In this document: in pieces, positions 43,101-51,173 of the stretch | Position numbering within the stretch: the stretch's first letter is position 1 | Layout of the letters: the number at the start of each line of letters is the position of its first letter | NCBI GenBank assembly: GCA_964455565.1 | Contig: CAYVWT010000003.1 | Coordinates: forward strand, 1-51,173 | Reading direction: 5' to 3' | DNA length: 51,173 bases | DNA from: an uncultured Clostridiaceae bacterium | Lineage (GTDB): Bacteria; Bacillota; Clostridia; Monoglobales; Firm-18 | Notes under the pieces: model-generated | What the model saw: only the letters and a program-made list of their open reading frames with translations | What the model was told of the DNA's origin: nothing | Database searches by the model: none | Program-made: the position numbers and the translations under genes

Positions 43101-44384
43101 ATGAAAAGTGTTACACTTACTCCATCAAAATTAAACGGGAGCGTTGTTATCCCTCCATCAAAATCACTTTGCCACAGGGCTATTATTTGTGCTTCTCTTG
43201 CAAGTGGCATTTCTGAAATCCATAATATTGGGCAATCACTTGACATAGATGCAACTATCGACGCTATGACAGCGCTTGGTGCAAACATTTCAAGGGACGG
43301 CGACCGTCTTATTATCGACGGAACGCACACATTGAAAAAGGCTACGCCATTAACAATAGACTGCTTTGAAAGTGGCTCTACATTAAGGTTTTTAATTCCT
43401 ATTGCACTACATTCTAAGGCACCTATTACATTTACTGGTTTTGGGCGTTTGCCTACTCGTCCACTAAATGCATATTACACATTATTTAAGCAAAAAGAAA
43501 TTGAATATACTAATGATAATGGTGCATTGCCACTTACTATAAACGCAGGGGACATTAGCGGTGTTCTTGAAATCGAGGGGGATATTAGCAGTCAATTTAT
43601 TAGTGGTCTGCTGTTTTCGCTTCCTCTTTATCCGTTTGATAGTGAAATTAGAATTACTACGCCACTTGAATCCAAAGGCTATGTTGATTTGACGATTGAC
43701 ATTATGGAGAAATTTGGAGTTACTGTCCATAATAATAATTATCATACATTTAGAATACACGGTGGGCAAAGCTATAAGCCTACAAATTATACTGTTGAGG
43801 CTGATTTTTCACAGGCTGCATTTTTTCTTGCGGCAGGGGTACTTGGTAGCTTTGTTGTGTGCAAAGGGCTTAGCCTTGAAAGCAAGCAGGGCGACAGAGA
43901 AATAATAAAAATAATTGAGCGAATGGGTGGAAATATAGTTTGCGAAAATGACGGAATTGCGGCACTTCCGTCAACACTTCACGGCTGTGAGATTGATGCC
44001 TCGCAAATACCAGACCTTGTTCCAATTCTAACAGTTCTTGCCTCCCTTGCAGAGGGTGAAACCTTAATTACAGGCGCAAGCAGGCTTCGTATAAAAGAGA
44101 GTGACAGGCTAACTGCTATTACCGAACAGCTAAACTCGCTTGGCGCAACTGTGTTAGAGAAAAATGATGGCTTAATTATAGAGGGTGCAGGCAGTTTAAA
44201 GGGTGGCACAACAAATAGCTGTAACGACCATAGAATTGCTATGTCAGTTGCTATTGCCACAACCTGTTGCATTGATATTGTTGTTTTAGAGGATAGTGAC
44301 TGCGTTAAAAAATCATACCCTCACTTTTGGAGTGATTTTGCAAGCTTAGGAGGAATTGTTGATGAGTGGAATGTGGGGAAATAA
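43101..44384 (+). CDS. aroA: 3-phosphoshikimate 1-carboxyvinyltransferase (EPSP synthase)
   Basis: PPSKSLCHRAIICASLA, ESGSTLRFL, LRIKESDRL and NDHRIAMS. Confidence 0.95.
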   Translation: MKSVTLTPSKLNGSVVIPPSKSLCHRAIICASLASGISEIHNIGQSLDIDATIDAMTALGANISRDGDRLIIDGTHTLKKATPLTIDCFESGSTLRFLIPIALHSKAPITFTGFGRLPTRPLNAYYTLFKQKEIEYTNDNGALPLTINAGDISGVLEIEGDISSQFISGLLFSLPLYPFDSEIRITTPLESKGYVDLTIDIMEKFGVTVHNNNYHTFRIHGGQSYKPTNYTVEADFSQAAFFLAAGVLGSFVVCKGLSLESKQGDREIIKIIERMGGNIVCENDGIAALPSTLHGCEIDASQIPDLVPILTVLASLAEGETLITGASRLRIKESDRLTAITEQLNSLGATVLEKNDGLIIEGAGSLKGGTTNSCNDHRIAMSVAIATTCCIDIVVLEDSDCVKKSYPHFWSDFASLGGIVDEWNVGK

Positions 44385-45435
44385 TTTTAAAATTTCAATA
44401 TTTGGTGAATCCCACGGAGAGGGCATTGGTGCTACTATTTGTGGTGTTCCATTTGGGCTTGAAATTGATAATGATTACATAGCAAAAGAGCTTTTGCGTA
44501 GGGCAGGGGGGCACGATACCCTTTCAACTCCACGCCTTGAAGCTGATGAATTTAAAATTTTAAGTGGCGTTTTCGAGGGCAAAGCTACCGGCTCGCCTAT
44601 TTGCATATTCATTCCAAACACGAACACTATTTCAAAGGATTATGACAAAATAAAAAATTATATGCGTCCTTCTCATGCCGATTATACTGGCTTTGTTAAG
44701 TATGGTGGCAACAACGATTACCGTGGTGGTGGGCATTTTTCAGGCAGGATTACTACGGCATTAGTTGCCTGTGGCGCAATTGCTAAGATGTATTTAAAGT
44801 CAAAGGGAATTACTGTTGGTGGGCATATTTTAAGCATCGGTGAAATTAGCGAGGAAAAGTTTGATACTATTAACGAGTATCTTTTAACAACACTTGCAAG
44901 CAAGAAATTTGCAGTAATTGATGATATAATTGGCATAAAAATGAAAGAGGAAATACAAAAAGCAAATATGGAAAAGGACTCTATCGGTGGCGTTGTTGAG
45001 GCAGCTGTTATTGGCTTGCCTGTTGGCGTTGGTGAGCCATTTTTCGACAGTGTTGAAAGTGTACTCTCTCACCTTTTGTTTTCCGTTCCTGCTGTTAAAG
45101 GGGTGGAATTTGGAACTGGCTTTGATATTTCAAAAATGCGTGGAAGCGTTGCAAATGACAGTATGTATGTCGAAAACGGCAAAATATATACAAAAACGAA
45201 CAACAATGGTGGCATAAATGGTGGCATAACAAATGGTATGCCCGTAATTGTGCGCACAGCCTTTAAACCAACTCCGTCAATATCAAAGGAGCAACAAACT
45301 GTTGATGTTTCAACTATGGAAAACGTTAACTATTCCATACATGGCAGGCACGACCCTTGCATTGTGCAACGTGCTGTTGTTGTGGTTGAATCCGCTATTG
45401 CTATTGGTATTGCAGAGCTTTTGATGGAGGGATAA
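44362..45435 (+). CDS. aroC: Chorismate synthase
   Basis: The ATG at 44362 lies 8 nt after AGGAGG and overlaps the aroA 3' end. Motifs: FGESHGEGIGATI, RPSHADYT, GGGHFSGR and GRHDPCIV. Confidence 0.95.
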   Translation: MSGMWGNNFKISIFGESHGEGIGATICGVPFGLEIDNDYIAKELLRRAGGHDTLSTPRLEADEFKILSGVFEGKATGSPICIFIPNTNTISKDYDKIKNYMRPSHADYTGFVKYGGNNDYRGGGHFSGRITTALVACGAIAKMYLKSKGITVGGHILSIGEISEEKFDTINEYLLTTLASKKFAVIDDIIGIKMKEEIQKANMEKDSIGGVVEAAVIGLPVGVGEPFFDSVESVLSHLLFSVPAVKGVEFGTGFDISKMRGSVANDSMYVENGKIYTKTNNNGGINGGITNGMPVIVRTAFKPTPSISKEQQTVDVSTMENVNYSIHGRHDPCIVQRAVVVVESAIAIGIAELLMEG

Positions 45436-45437
45436 TC

Positions 45438-46205
45438 TTGAATTTAGATGAACTAAGGGCAGAAATTGATAGTGTTGACAAGCAATTAGTAGACCTTTTT
45501 GAAGCACGTATGCAAATTGCAAAGTCAATCTGTGAATATAAAAAAGAAAATAATTTGCCTATATATAATGGCACTCGTGAGGACAAGCTCTTACTTGAAA
45601 GGACTAACCTTTTGGGAGATAACGACCTTGCCTCTTTTGCCGAGCGTTTTTTTAGTGGCTTAATGGAAATTAGCCGAGATTATCAAACCAACCTATCACT
45701 AAGCAAAAATATTGTGTTAATTGGAGTTATGGGCTGTGGCAAAACAAAAAAAGGCACCCTGCTTGCAAAGCGCCTTAATATTCCTTTTGTTGATGTTGAC
45801 CACGAGGTTGAGCAGTCTCAAAAAATGACTATTCCTGAAATTTTCGCAAAGCATGGCGAGGTTGAATTTCGTAGGCTTGAAAGCGAAAAAATTAAAGAGC
45901 TATCAAGGAACACACGTTGTATTATTTCAACAGGTGGTGGTGTTGTTTTAAACCCTAATAATATGAAGGTGCTTAAAGAAAATGGAATTGTTATATTTTT
46001 AAACCGTGACATTGACGCTATTGCAGGAGATATTGACACAACTACACGACCACTTCTTGCAAACGGTTCTGACGCTTTATATAAAATTTATAAAGAACGC
46101 CTTGCGCTGTATCAAAAATGGTGCGACGTTGAAATTTCCGGCAACACTTCTATTGCAGAGGCAGTTGAAAATATACTTTGTGCGCTTCAAAAGTCGCCTT
46201 TATAA
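45438..46205 (+). CDS. aroK: Bifunctional AroQ-type chorismate mutase / shikimate kinase fusion
   Basis: TTG start 6 nt after GGAGGG. The N-terminal roughly 90 aa are LDELRAEIDSVDKQLVDLFEARMQIAKSICEYK (CM_2-like). A shikimate kinase P-loop follows (LIGVMGCGKTKKG, DVDHEVE, STGGGVV). Confidence 0.85.
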   Translation: MNLDELRAEIDSVDKQLVDLFEARMQIAKSICEYKKENNLPIYNGTREDKLLLERTNLLGDNDLASFAERFFSGLMEISRDYQTNLSLSKNIVLIGVMGCGKTKKGTLLAKRLNIPFVDVDHEVEQSQKMTIPEIFAKHGEVEFRRLESEKIKELSRNTRCIISTGGGVVLNPNNMKVLKENGIVIFLNRDIDAIAGDIDTTTRPLLANGSDALYKIYKERLALYQKWCDVEISGNTSIAEAVENILCALQKSPL

Positions 46206-46332
46206 TATTTGTGGCAGTGTTTACTAATAGTGGCCTGCCTGCCATTGTGCCTATTGCACAATCGGACACTATAAATCCAATAAGCACAGTATAAACAAAA
46301 AGTACTAATATTAAAATAACATATTTATTCAT
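46150..46332 (-). CDS. Hypothetical small membrane protein (doubtful)
   Basis: 60-aa ORF with an AGGATGA RBS-like string 9 nt upstream and an N-terminal TM helix (YVILILVLFVYTVLIGFIV). Its last roughly 19 codons are antisense to the aroK 3' end. Confidence 0.3.
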   Translation of the reverse strand: MNKYVILILVLFVYTVLIGFIVSDCAIGTMAGRPLLVNTATNIIKATFEAHKVYFQLPLQ

Positions 46333-46346
46333 CTTTTGAAATCATC

Positions 46347-47507
46347 CTATTTTATATCCTTTAAAAATGCTCCTAATGCTTTTGCGGCATAAGTTCCACC
46401 ATTTACTGCCTCTTCTAATGTGTTTCCATTGCTTCCTACTTCAAGTATTAAAGATGCTGTTGTTGTGTGCATATTATACCTTTCTTTGCATAAATTAATT
46501 GGTCGTGCTAAAGTCGGGTACATTTTGCTAAAACGTGATTGCAGCTTAATTGCGAATTTTAAGTTTTCCCTCCATTTAGGGTTGGAAAGCCCGCCTTGGT
46601 CGGTGCCAGTTACCGTCATAATTTGCGCTGTCTTTTTACCTTCTATCGTTGTGCACAGCTTTAATTTTGTTTTTTCCGCTGTAATCATTGCATCTCTATG
46701 AACATCTATTACAACCTTTATTGATGGATATTTTTCCAAGTATTGTTGCAATGTTGCGAGGGAGCTTTTATACGACCCATTATAGGACGGATAATCGTGT
46801 ACTGTTGTATCGTGAATCACATCAATGCCCATACCTTTTAGCGTATTTGTCATAGCATCGCCGACTCTTACCACATTAAAACGCATATCCTGAGTCCTGT
46901 CTGGGTCTGTTGGCAAATAGTAATTTTTGTCCGACGGTGCATAGGATTCCGAGGTGTGAGTGTGAATGATTAAAACCTGTGGACCTTTTTGCTTAAAATT
47001 AAAGCCCAATTTTTCGTTTAATAGCTTTTCTGGGTCTATTTCGTATGTGGTATTATTTTTAATATAAATATTTCCTATCGAGGATAACCCTTTAATGTCT
47101 TGTGTGGTAATCTTTATTTCTTCTATTTTTTTTGGCTCTAATTGCATAGATGAAGATTGGGGCAATGAAGTTGGTTCAGTTTCTTCCACTTCCTCCTTGA
47201 CCGTTTCTGTCGGCTTTGCAGAGGCAATTATCGCCATCTGACTTTTTATTATTGTTAGAGGGTTATTTATGTCGAATCCTAAAATTATCTTTTGTAGAGG
47301 CAGGTTTAATTGATTTTTTGGCGCTGCCATTGGTACTGTTTCACCAAAAGCTACCATTAGTAAATTAGTATCTACCCTTTCGGCTGCATACGAAAATATA
47401 CCTTGTCCAAAAATCATAGCTGAAAATATAAATATAGGCACAAATGACCAATATATAATTTTAAAAAAACGTCGTCCATCTAAAACCCTAAACCGATATT
47501 TGTGCAT
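46347..47507 (-). CDS. spoIIP: Stage II sporulation protein P
   Basis: The ATG at 47507 lies 7 nt after GGGGGG. There is an N-terminal TM segment and SpoIIP amidase-domain motifs (VLIIHTHTSESY, VVIDVHRDA, ILEVGSNGNTLEEA). Confidence 0.9.
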   Translation of the reverse strand: MHKYRFRVLDGRRFFKIIYWSFVPIFIFSAMIFGQGIFSYAAERVDTNLLMVAFGETVPMAAPKNQLNLPLQKIILGFDINNPLTIIKSQMAIIASAKPTETVKEEVEETEPTSLPQSSSMQLEPKKIEEIKITTQDIKGLSSIGNIYIKNNTTYEIDPEKLLNEKLGFNFKQKGPQVLIIHTHTSESYAPSDKNYYLPTDPDRTQDMRFNVVRVGDAMTNTLKGMGIDVIHDTTVHDYPSYNGSYKSSLATLQQYLEKYPSIKVVIDVHRDAMITAEKTKLKLCTTIEGKKTAQIMTVTGTDQGGLSNPKWRENLKFAIKLQSRFSKMYPTLARPINLCKERYNMHTTTASLILEVGSNGNTLEEAVNGGTYAAKALGAFLKDIK

Positions 47508-47588
47508 AGCCATTCCCCCCTAATTGATTATATTCAATTAGCAAATGGTATATGACCTAAGGAAATGCTGATTTAATGAAGCATTTCC

Positions 47589-48563
47589 CTAATGATATTT
47601 ATTTAGGTCGCTAAGCGTTATTCCTTTGTGAAGCGCAATATTTATGCTATTTGCAATTATTTCGGATATATCCTCAATTATTTCATCAACCTCCTTTGGC
47701 GTCACAACTAAATTTTCAAACGAAGGGTTAAGCACCTCTTGAATTAGTGCATATTTATCATCACGGTCTATGTTTTTCAAAATTTGATAAAAGCTACTAT
47801 CTGTGCCTGTTTGCTCCATTAGCTTATCGATAACAAGGTCTATTGTATCATTTGCCATTGTGGCAGCATCTACAACTGTTGGCACGCCTATTGCTATAAC
47901 TGGCACACCTAAAGTTTCGTACGACAGCCCTCGCCTCGCATTTCCTACTCCTGCACCTGGGGTTATTCCTGTATCTGCTATTTGAATGGTAGTGCTTACC
48001 CTTTCTAATTTTCGTGAAGCAAGTGAATCTATCGCTATTACTAATTTAGGCTTTACCTTTTCAACGACTCCTCTTATTATTTCACTTGTTTCTATGCCTG
48101 TTAGCCCAAGCACGCCTGGGGATAGGGCGCAAACTGGGCGCACCCCCTGTTCTATTTCCTCTGGCATTAGCTCGAACATATGGCGAGTTACAAGCAATGA
48201 TGACACAACCTTTGGCCCTAAAGAATCTGCTGTTATTTGCCAATTACCAAGCCCTACTACTAAAATCGAGGCATCCTCCTCTAATTTTATAAGCCTTTTA
48301 ATTTCATCTGCAAGGACTGCTATTGTGTGCTCAAATGTCGCTTGCTCTTTGTGAATTAGTGATGGTATTTCAAGCGTTACATAGCTACCCCTCGGCTTAC
48401 CTAATGCGCCCTCTCCACGCTCGTCATTTATATGGACTCTTGTTATTGTTATGTTTTCCAGCTTTTCTGTATCTACAACAACACCCGGAACATCAGTTCT
48501 GCTTTCGCTCTGCCTGTAAATTTCATGGGCTTCTAACGCTAAATCTGTTCTTTTTTCAAACAT
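47589..48563 (-). CDS. gpr: Germination protease (GPR endopeptidase)
   Basis: RTDLALEAHE at the N-terminus, then ILVVGLGNWQITADSLGP, IAIDSLASR and IADTGITPGAGVGN. Confidence 0.92.
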   Translation of the reverse strand: MFEKRTDLALEAHEIYRQSESRTDVPGVVVDTEKLENITITRVHINDERGEGALGKPRGSYVTLEIPSLIHKEQATFEHTIAVLADEIKRLIKLEEDASILVVGLGNWQITADSLGPKVVSSLLVTRHMFELMPEEIEQGVRPVCALSPGVLGLTGIETSEIIRGVVEKVKPKLVIAIDSLASRKLERVSTTIQIADTGITPGAGVGNARRGLSYETLGVPVIAIGVPTVVDAATMANDTIDLVIDKLMEQTGTDSSFYQILKNIDRDDKYALIQEVLNPSFENLVVTPKEVDEIIEDISEIIANSINIALHKGITLSDLNKYH

Positions 48564-48632
48564 TTTTTCACCTCATTTAAATAATCCTATTATTAATCTT
48601 TACCTTTAAATAAAATTTATGCAAAAAAAGTG

Positions 48633-48661
48633 TTGCAATTTGGTTAAAAACGTGTTACAAT
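48633..48661 (+). promoter_or_regulatory. Candidate sigma-A promoter of rpsT
   Basis: TTGCAA (48633-48638), 17 nt spacer, TACAAT (48656-48661), preceded by TG (TGTTACAAT). Confidence 0.6.
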
Positions 48662-48696
48662 AGCTTTTGTCCATAAATACGCAGGAGGTGAAAGAT

Positions 48697-48960
48697 TTGC
48701 CAAATATTAAATCCGCTAAAAAAAGAGTTAAGGTTATTCAAACCAAGACGTTACGCAACCAAATGATTAAGTCACAGCTAAAAACTTATATAAAGAAATT
48801 CGAGCTACTTGCTGAGCAAGGAAATAAAGCAGAAGTTGAAGTTGCTTACAGATTAGCTGTTAAGAAGCTTGACCAAGCAATTGCAAAAGGCACAATGCAC
48901 AAAAATACTGGTTCAAGGAAAAAATCTCAACTTACTTTAAAATTCAACAAAATTGCATAA
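48697..48960 (+). CDS. rpsT: 30S ribosomal protein S20
   Basis: TTG start 6 nt after AGGAGGTG gives (M)PNIKSAKKRVKVIQTKTLRN…, the canonical S20 N-terminus. The track start at 48667 precedes the RBS. Confidence 0.93.
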   Translation: MPNIKSAKKRVKVIQTKTLRNQMIKSQLKTYIKKFELLAEQGNKAEVEVAYRLAVKKLDQAIAKGTMHKNTGSRKKSQLTLKFNKIA

Positions 48961-49018
48961 CTAAAAACAAAAATCACAGCAAGCTAATAATTAATTCTTG
49001 ACCACAAGACTAAAAAAT

Positions 49019-49056
49019 ATAGTACCCCTTTTCATAAATACGAAAAGGGGTACTAT
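49019..49056 (+). terminator. Intrinsic terminator of rpsT
   Basis: atagtaccccttttc / gaaaaggggtactat is a perfect 15-bp stem with an 8-nt loop. It is followed by atttcttc. Confidence 0.8.
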
Positions 49057-49634
49057 ATTTCTTCAAAATCTAAAATTTTCAATCTTCCTTCCTTTTGAGA
49101 TTTAAAATCTACGGGCTACATTGATATTTTCCACCAAAACTAATCACCTTGTTTACAAGCTTGAATTAAGCAACTTAATATCCATTCAATAAAGTTTCTC
49201 GAATATATCGAGATCGGCGTTAATAACGTCATAACTAATGGATCTACTAATCAAACCTTATATACGGCTATCCATATGGAAAACATCTTGCACAAAAGGT
49301 TACTTTTGCAATGGTCTCGTCCCCTTTTCCTTTCGATTTTTCATCCTGTAAAATGTTCAACTGTTGAACCTCTTTACACCTTTATTATAGGCTTAATCTT
49401 GCAGAAACACAAACCCAATTGAAGGCAGAATTTGTCAAGTGTACCCTAAAATGAATGGCAAAGTTAAAATGTCGAACGAATTCTATTGTTATCTACGTTA
49501 TACGCCTTTTTTCTAATGTATTTGTAATACTCCGAAATGTATTTAAGCCAAAATCGTGAAATATATATACATTTTAGGTTGCTTAGTGATATAATATAAA
49601 TTAGAAATTTTCACAAGTGAAAGGGGAACTACTA

Positions 49635-49787
49635 ATGGACAAAAATATTGAAATGATGAAAAAAATTATTGAGGCAAAAAAGAACACTTCTACAAAAGTT
49701 CCAAGCAATAAAAACGATAAAAGAACTGTTGGCACAACTGCAAGAGGAAAAAATTCAAAGAAAACTGGCGGACTATTTGACAGATAG
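49635..49787 (+). CDS. Small basic hypothetical protein (50 aa, below the track cutoff)
   Basis: The ATG at 49635 lies 8 nt after GAAAGGGGAA. An upstream TGATATAAT is an extended -10 element. Translation: MDKNIEMMKKIIEAKKNTSTKVPSNKNDKRTVGTTARGKNSKKTGGLFDR. The ORF ends inside a terminator hairpin. Confidence 0.45.
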   Translation: MDKNIEMMKKIIEAKKNTSTKVPSNKNDKRTVGTTARGKNSKKTGGLFDR

Positions 49788-49792
49788 TCCGC
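49768..49792. terminator. Bidirectional intrinsic terminator between the small ORF and feoB
   Basis: GCGGACTAT-TTGACAG-ATAGTCCGC is a perfect 9-bp stem. TATTTTT follows on the plus strand and AGTTTTCTTT follows on the minus strand. Confidence 0.7.
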
Positions 49793-49798
49793 TATTTT

Positions 49799-51173
49799 TC
49801 AAATAAAAAGGTGAGCAATAGTTGTAAACAAAAAGCATATAATTATTCCTGTTATAGTAGGAACTAAAAATGATATAGCTGTCCATTTAATGCTTTGCGT
49901 TTCTTTTTTAATAGTCAAACAGGTGGTAGAGCAAGGAAAGTGCATTAGTGAAAATAGCATAGTGCTTATTGCTGTAATCCAAGTCCACCCGTTACTCACA
50001 AGCAATAGTCGCAGTTCAAAAAGGCTGTCAAGCTTAATAATACTGCCAGTAGCCATATATGACATAATAATAATAGGAATTACAATTTCATTTGCAGGAA
50101 ACCCTAAAATAAATGCCAAAAGTATAACTCCGTCCATTCCAAGTGCCTGTGCAAATGGGTCTAAAAAATTTGATGTATGTGCAAGCAATGTGAAATCCCC
50201 TATGCTAATATTAGCTAAAATCCATATCACAAGCCCAGCAGGGGCAGATACAGCTATCGCCCTCCCCAGAACGAAAAGTGTCCTATCAAAAATGGAGCGA
50301 ACAATTATTTCACAAATTTTTGGTTTTCTATATGGAGGAAGCTCTAATGTAAAAGCCGATGCTTCTCCCTTTAAAATCGTCTTTGATAAAAGTGCTGAAA
50401 TTACAAATGTCATAAAGACTCCAAATAATATTACAGCAGTCAAAAGCATTGTTGAAACTAATGATTGTACTAACCCACCAGTTGTGCCAACAAAAAACAT
50501 TGTTATAATAGCAATCAAGGTTGGAAACCTTCCATTGCAGGGGACAAAATTATTTGTTATCATAGCAATTAAGCGCTCTCGTGGGGAATCAATAATTCTA
50601 CACCCCACTATTCCTGCTGCATTACAGCCAAAACCCATGCACATTGTTAGAGCTTGCTTACCACAAGCAGAGCATTTTTTAAAGGTTTTATCCAAATTAA
50701 ACGCAACTCTTGGTAAATAGCCCAAATCCTCCAAAAGTGTAAAAAGCGGAAAGAAAATTGCCATAGGTGGAAGCATCACCGAAACAACCCACGCTAAAAC
50801 TCGATAAGCGCCAAATATCAGCATTTCATATATAAATTTGGGAACATTTGCCCAAACGCAAAGCTCCACAAGTCTATCCTCTAACCAAAATAAACCGTCT
50901 GAAAGTAGCGCTGATGGGTAATTTGCCCCTACAATTGTAAGCCAAAAAACAATCCCCAAAAGTGCTATCATTATGGGAAATCCCGTCCATTTATTTGTAA
51001 GTATTTTATCTATTTTTCTATCATTAGAGTTATACCCTTTCTTATCAAATTTTACAATATCCAAGCATATATCCTCTGCTGTTAATACTATACACGATAC
51101 AATCTTATCCTTAAGGCTCTCGTCGGTTATATTGCTTTGCGAAATAACCTCCCTTGCCTTTTTCAGGCTTTTT
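49799..51173 (-). CDS. feoB: Ferrous iron transporter FeoB, C-terminal membrane portion (5' end outside the window)
   Basis: DKILTNKWTGFPIMIALLGIVFW…, a multi-TM nucleoside-recognition/gate-domain-like sequence. The reading frame stays open from 51064 to the window edge (…KSLKKAREVISQSNITDESLKDKIVSCIVLTAEDICLDIV…), so the gene is truncated by the window. Confidence 0.88.
   Translation of the reverse strand, partial: KSLKKAREVISQSNITDESLKDKIVSCIVLTAEDICLDIVKFDKKGYNSNDRKIDKILTNKWTGFPIMIALLGIVFWLTIVGANYPSALLSDGLFWLEDRLVELCVWANVPKFIYEMLIFGAYRVLAWVVSVMLPPMAIFFPLFTLLEDLGYLPRVAFNLDKTFKKCSACGKQALTMCMGFGCNAAGIVGCRIIDSPRERLIAMITNNFVPCNGRFPTLIAIITMFFVGTTGGLVQSLVSTMLLTAVILFGVFMTFVISALLSKTILKGEASAFTLELPPYRKPKICEIIVRSIFDRTLFVLGRAIAVSAPAGLVIWILANISIGDFTLLAHTSNFLDPFAQALGMDGVILLAFILGFPANEIVIPIIIMSYMATGSIIKLDSLFELRLLLVSNGWTWITAISTMLFSLMHFPCSTTCLTIKKETQSIKWTAISFLVPTITGIIICFLFTTIAHLFI

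Noticed and set aside
48564-48632. Forespore sigma-F/sigma-G promoter upstream of gpr (GCATA … GGTAAAGAT)
   Set aside because: A GCATA -35-like element is present, but spacing to any -10-like element does not fit either consensus convincingly. It is too weak to call from sequence alone.
49890-50720. 276-aa ORF on the plus strand
   Set aside because: It is antisense to the FeoB membrane domain, whose identity is clear. There is no RBS and the composition is typical of the reverse frame of a hydrophobic gene.

Overview
The window is from a low-GC, spore-forming Firmicute, probably a Clostridia member (spoIIP, gpr, SLH domains and copper-amine-oxidase-like stalk domains are present). It splits into two parts.

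**Part 1, about 1-26.3 kb: accessory cell-envelope island.**
- A roughly 15 kb run of 11 tightly packed minus-strand genes (15340 down to 42) is built around a PelF-like GT4 glycosyltransferase fused to TPR repeats.
- The run also encodes a GT2 plus a DUF2304-like small membrane protein, three DivIVA-like coiled-coil proteins and a secreted MORN-repeat protein. One of the DivIVA-like proteins is fused to a degenerate GGDEF and an intact EAL domain.
- It further encodes three large polytopic membrane proteins, two of them tandem paralogues. The last gene is a membrane-anchored HD-GYP protein whose catalytic metal ligands are substituted and which ends in a Cys-rich tail.
- Upstream lie an orphan LytTR regulator with Glu at the phospho-acceptor position, a secreted GH114/PelA-hydrolase-like enzyme, and an SLH-anchored legume-lectin protein.
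- The 5' leader of the lectin gene looks like a GEMM-I (c-di-GMP-I) type riboswitch followed by an intrinsic terminator.
- A pyruvyl transferase and a divergent GT2-GT2-galE-lipoprotein arm complete the island.

**Part 2, about 26.3-51.2 kb: conserved backbone.**
- Genes in coordinate order are lgt, an M16 peptidase pair, rsmE, prmA, dnaJ, dnaK, grpE and hrcA (with CIRCE), then hemW and lepA.
- A plus-strand aromatic amino-acid operon follows: DAHP synthase, tyrA, aroB, aroA, aroC and a chorismate mutase-shikimate kinase fusion.
- After it come spoIIP, gpr, rpsT and a partial feoB.
- A roughly 170-190 nt structured leader occurs twice, upstream of grpE and upstream of the M16 pair. It shows compensatory base changes and buries the start-codon region.

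No tRNA, rRNA, CRISPR array or transposase was seen.

All family assignments rest on motifs read by eye. No database searches were run.
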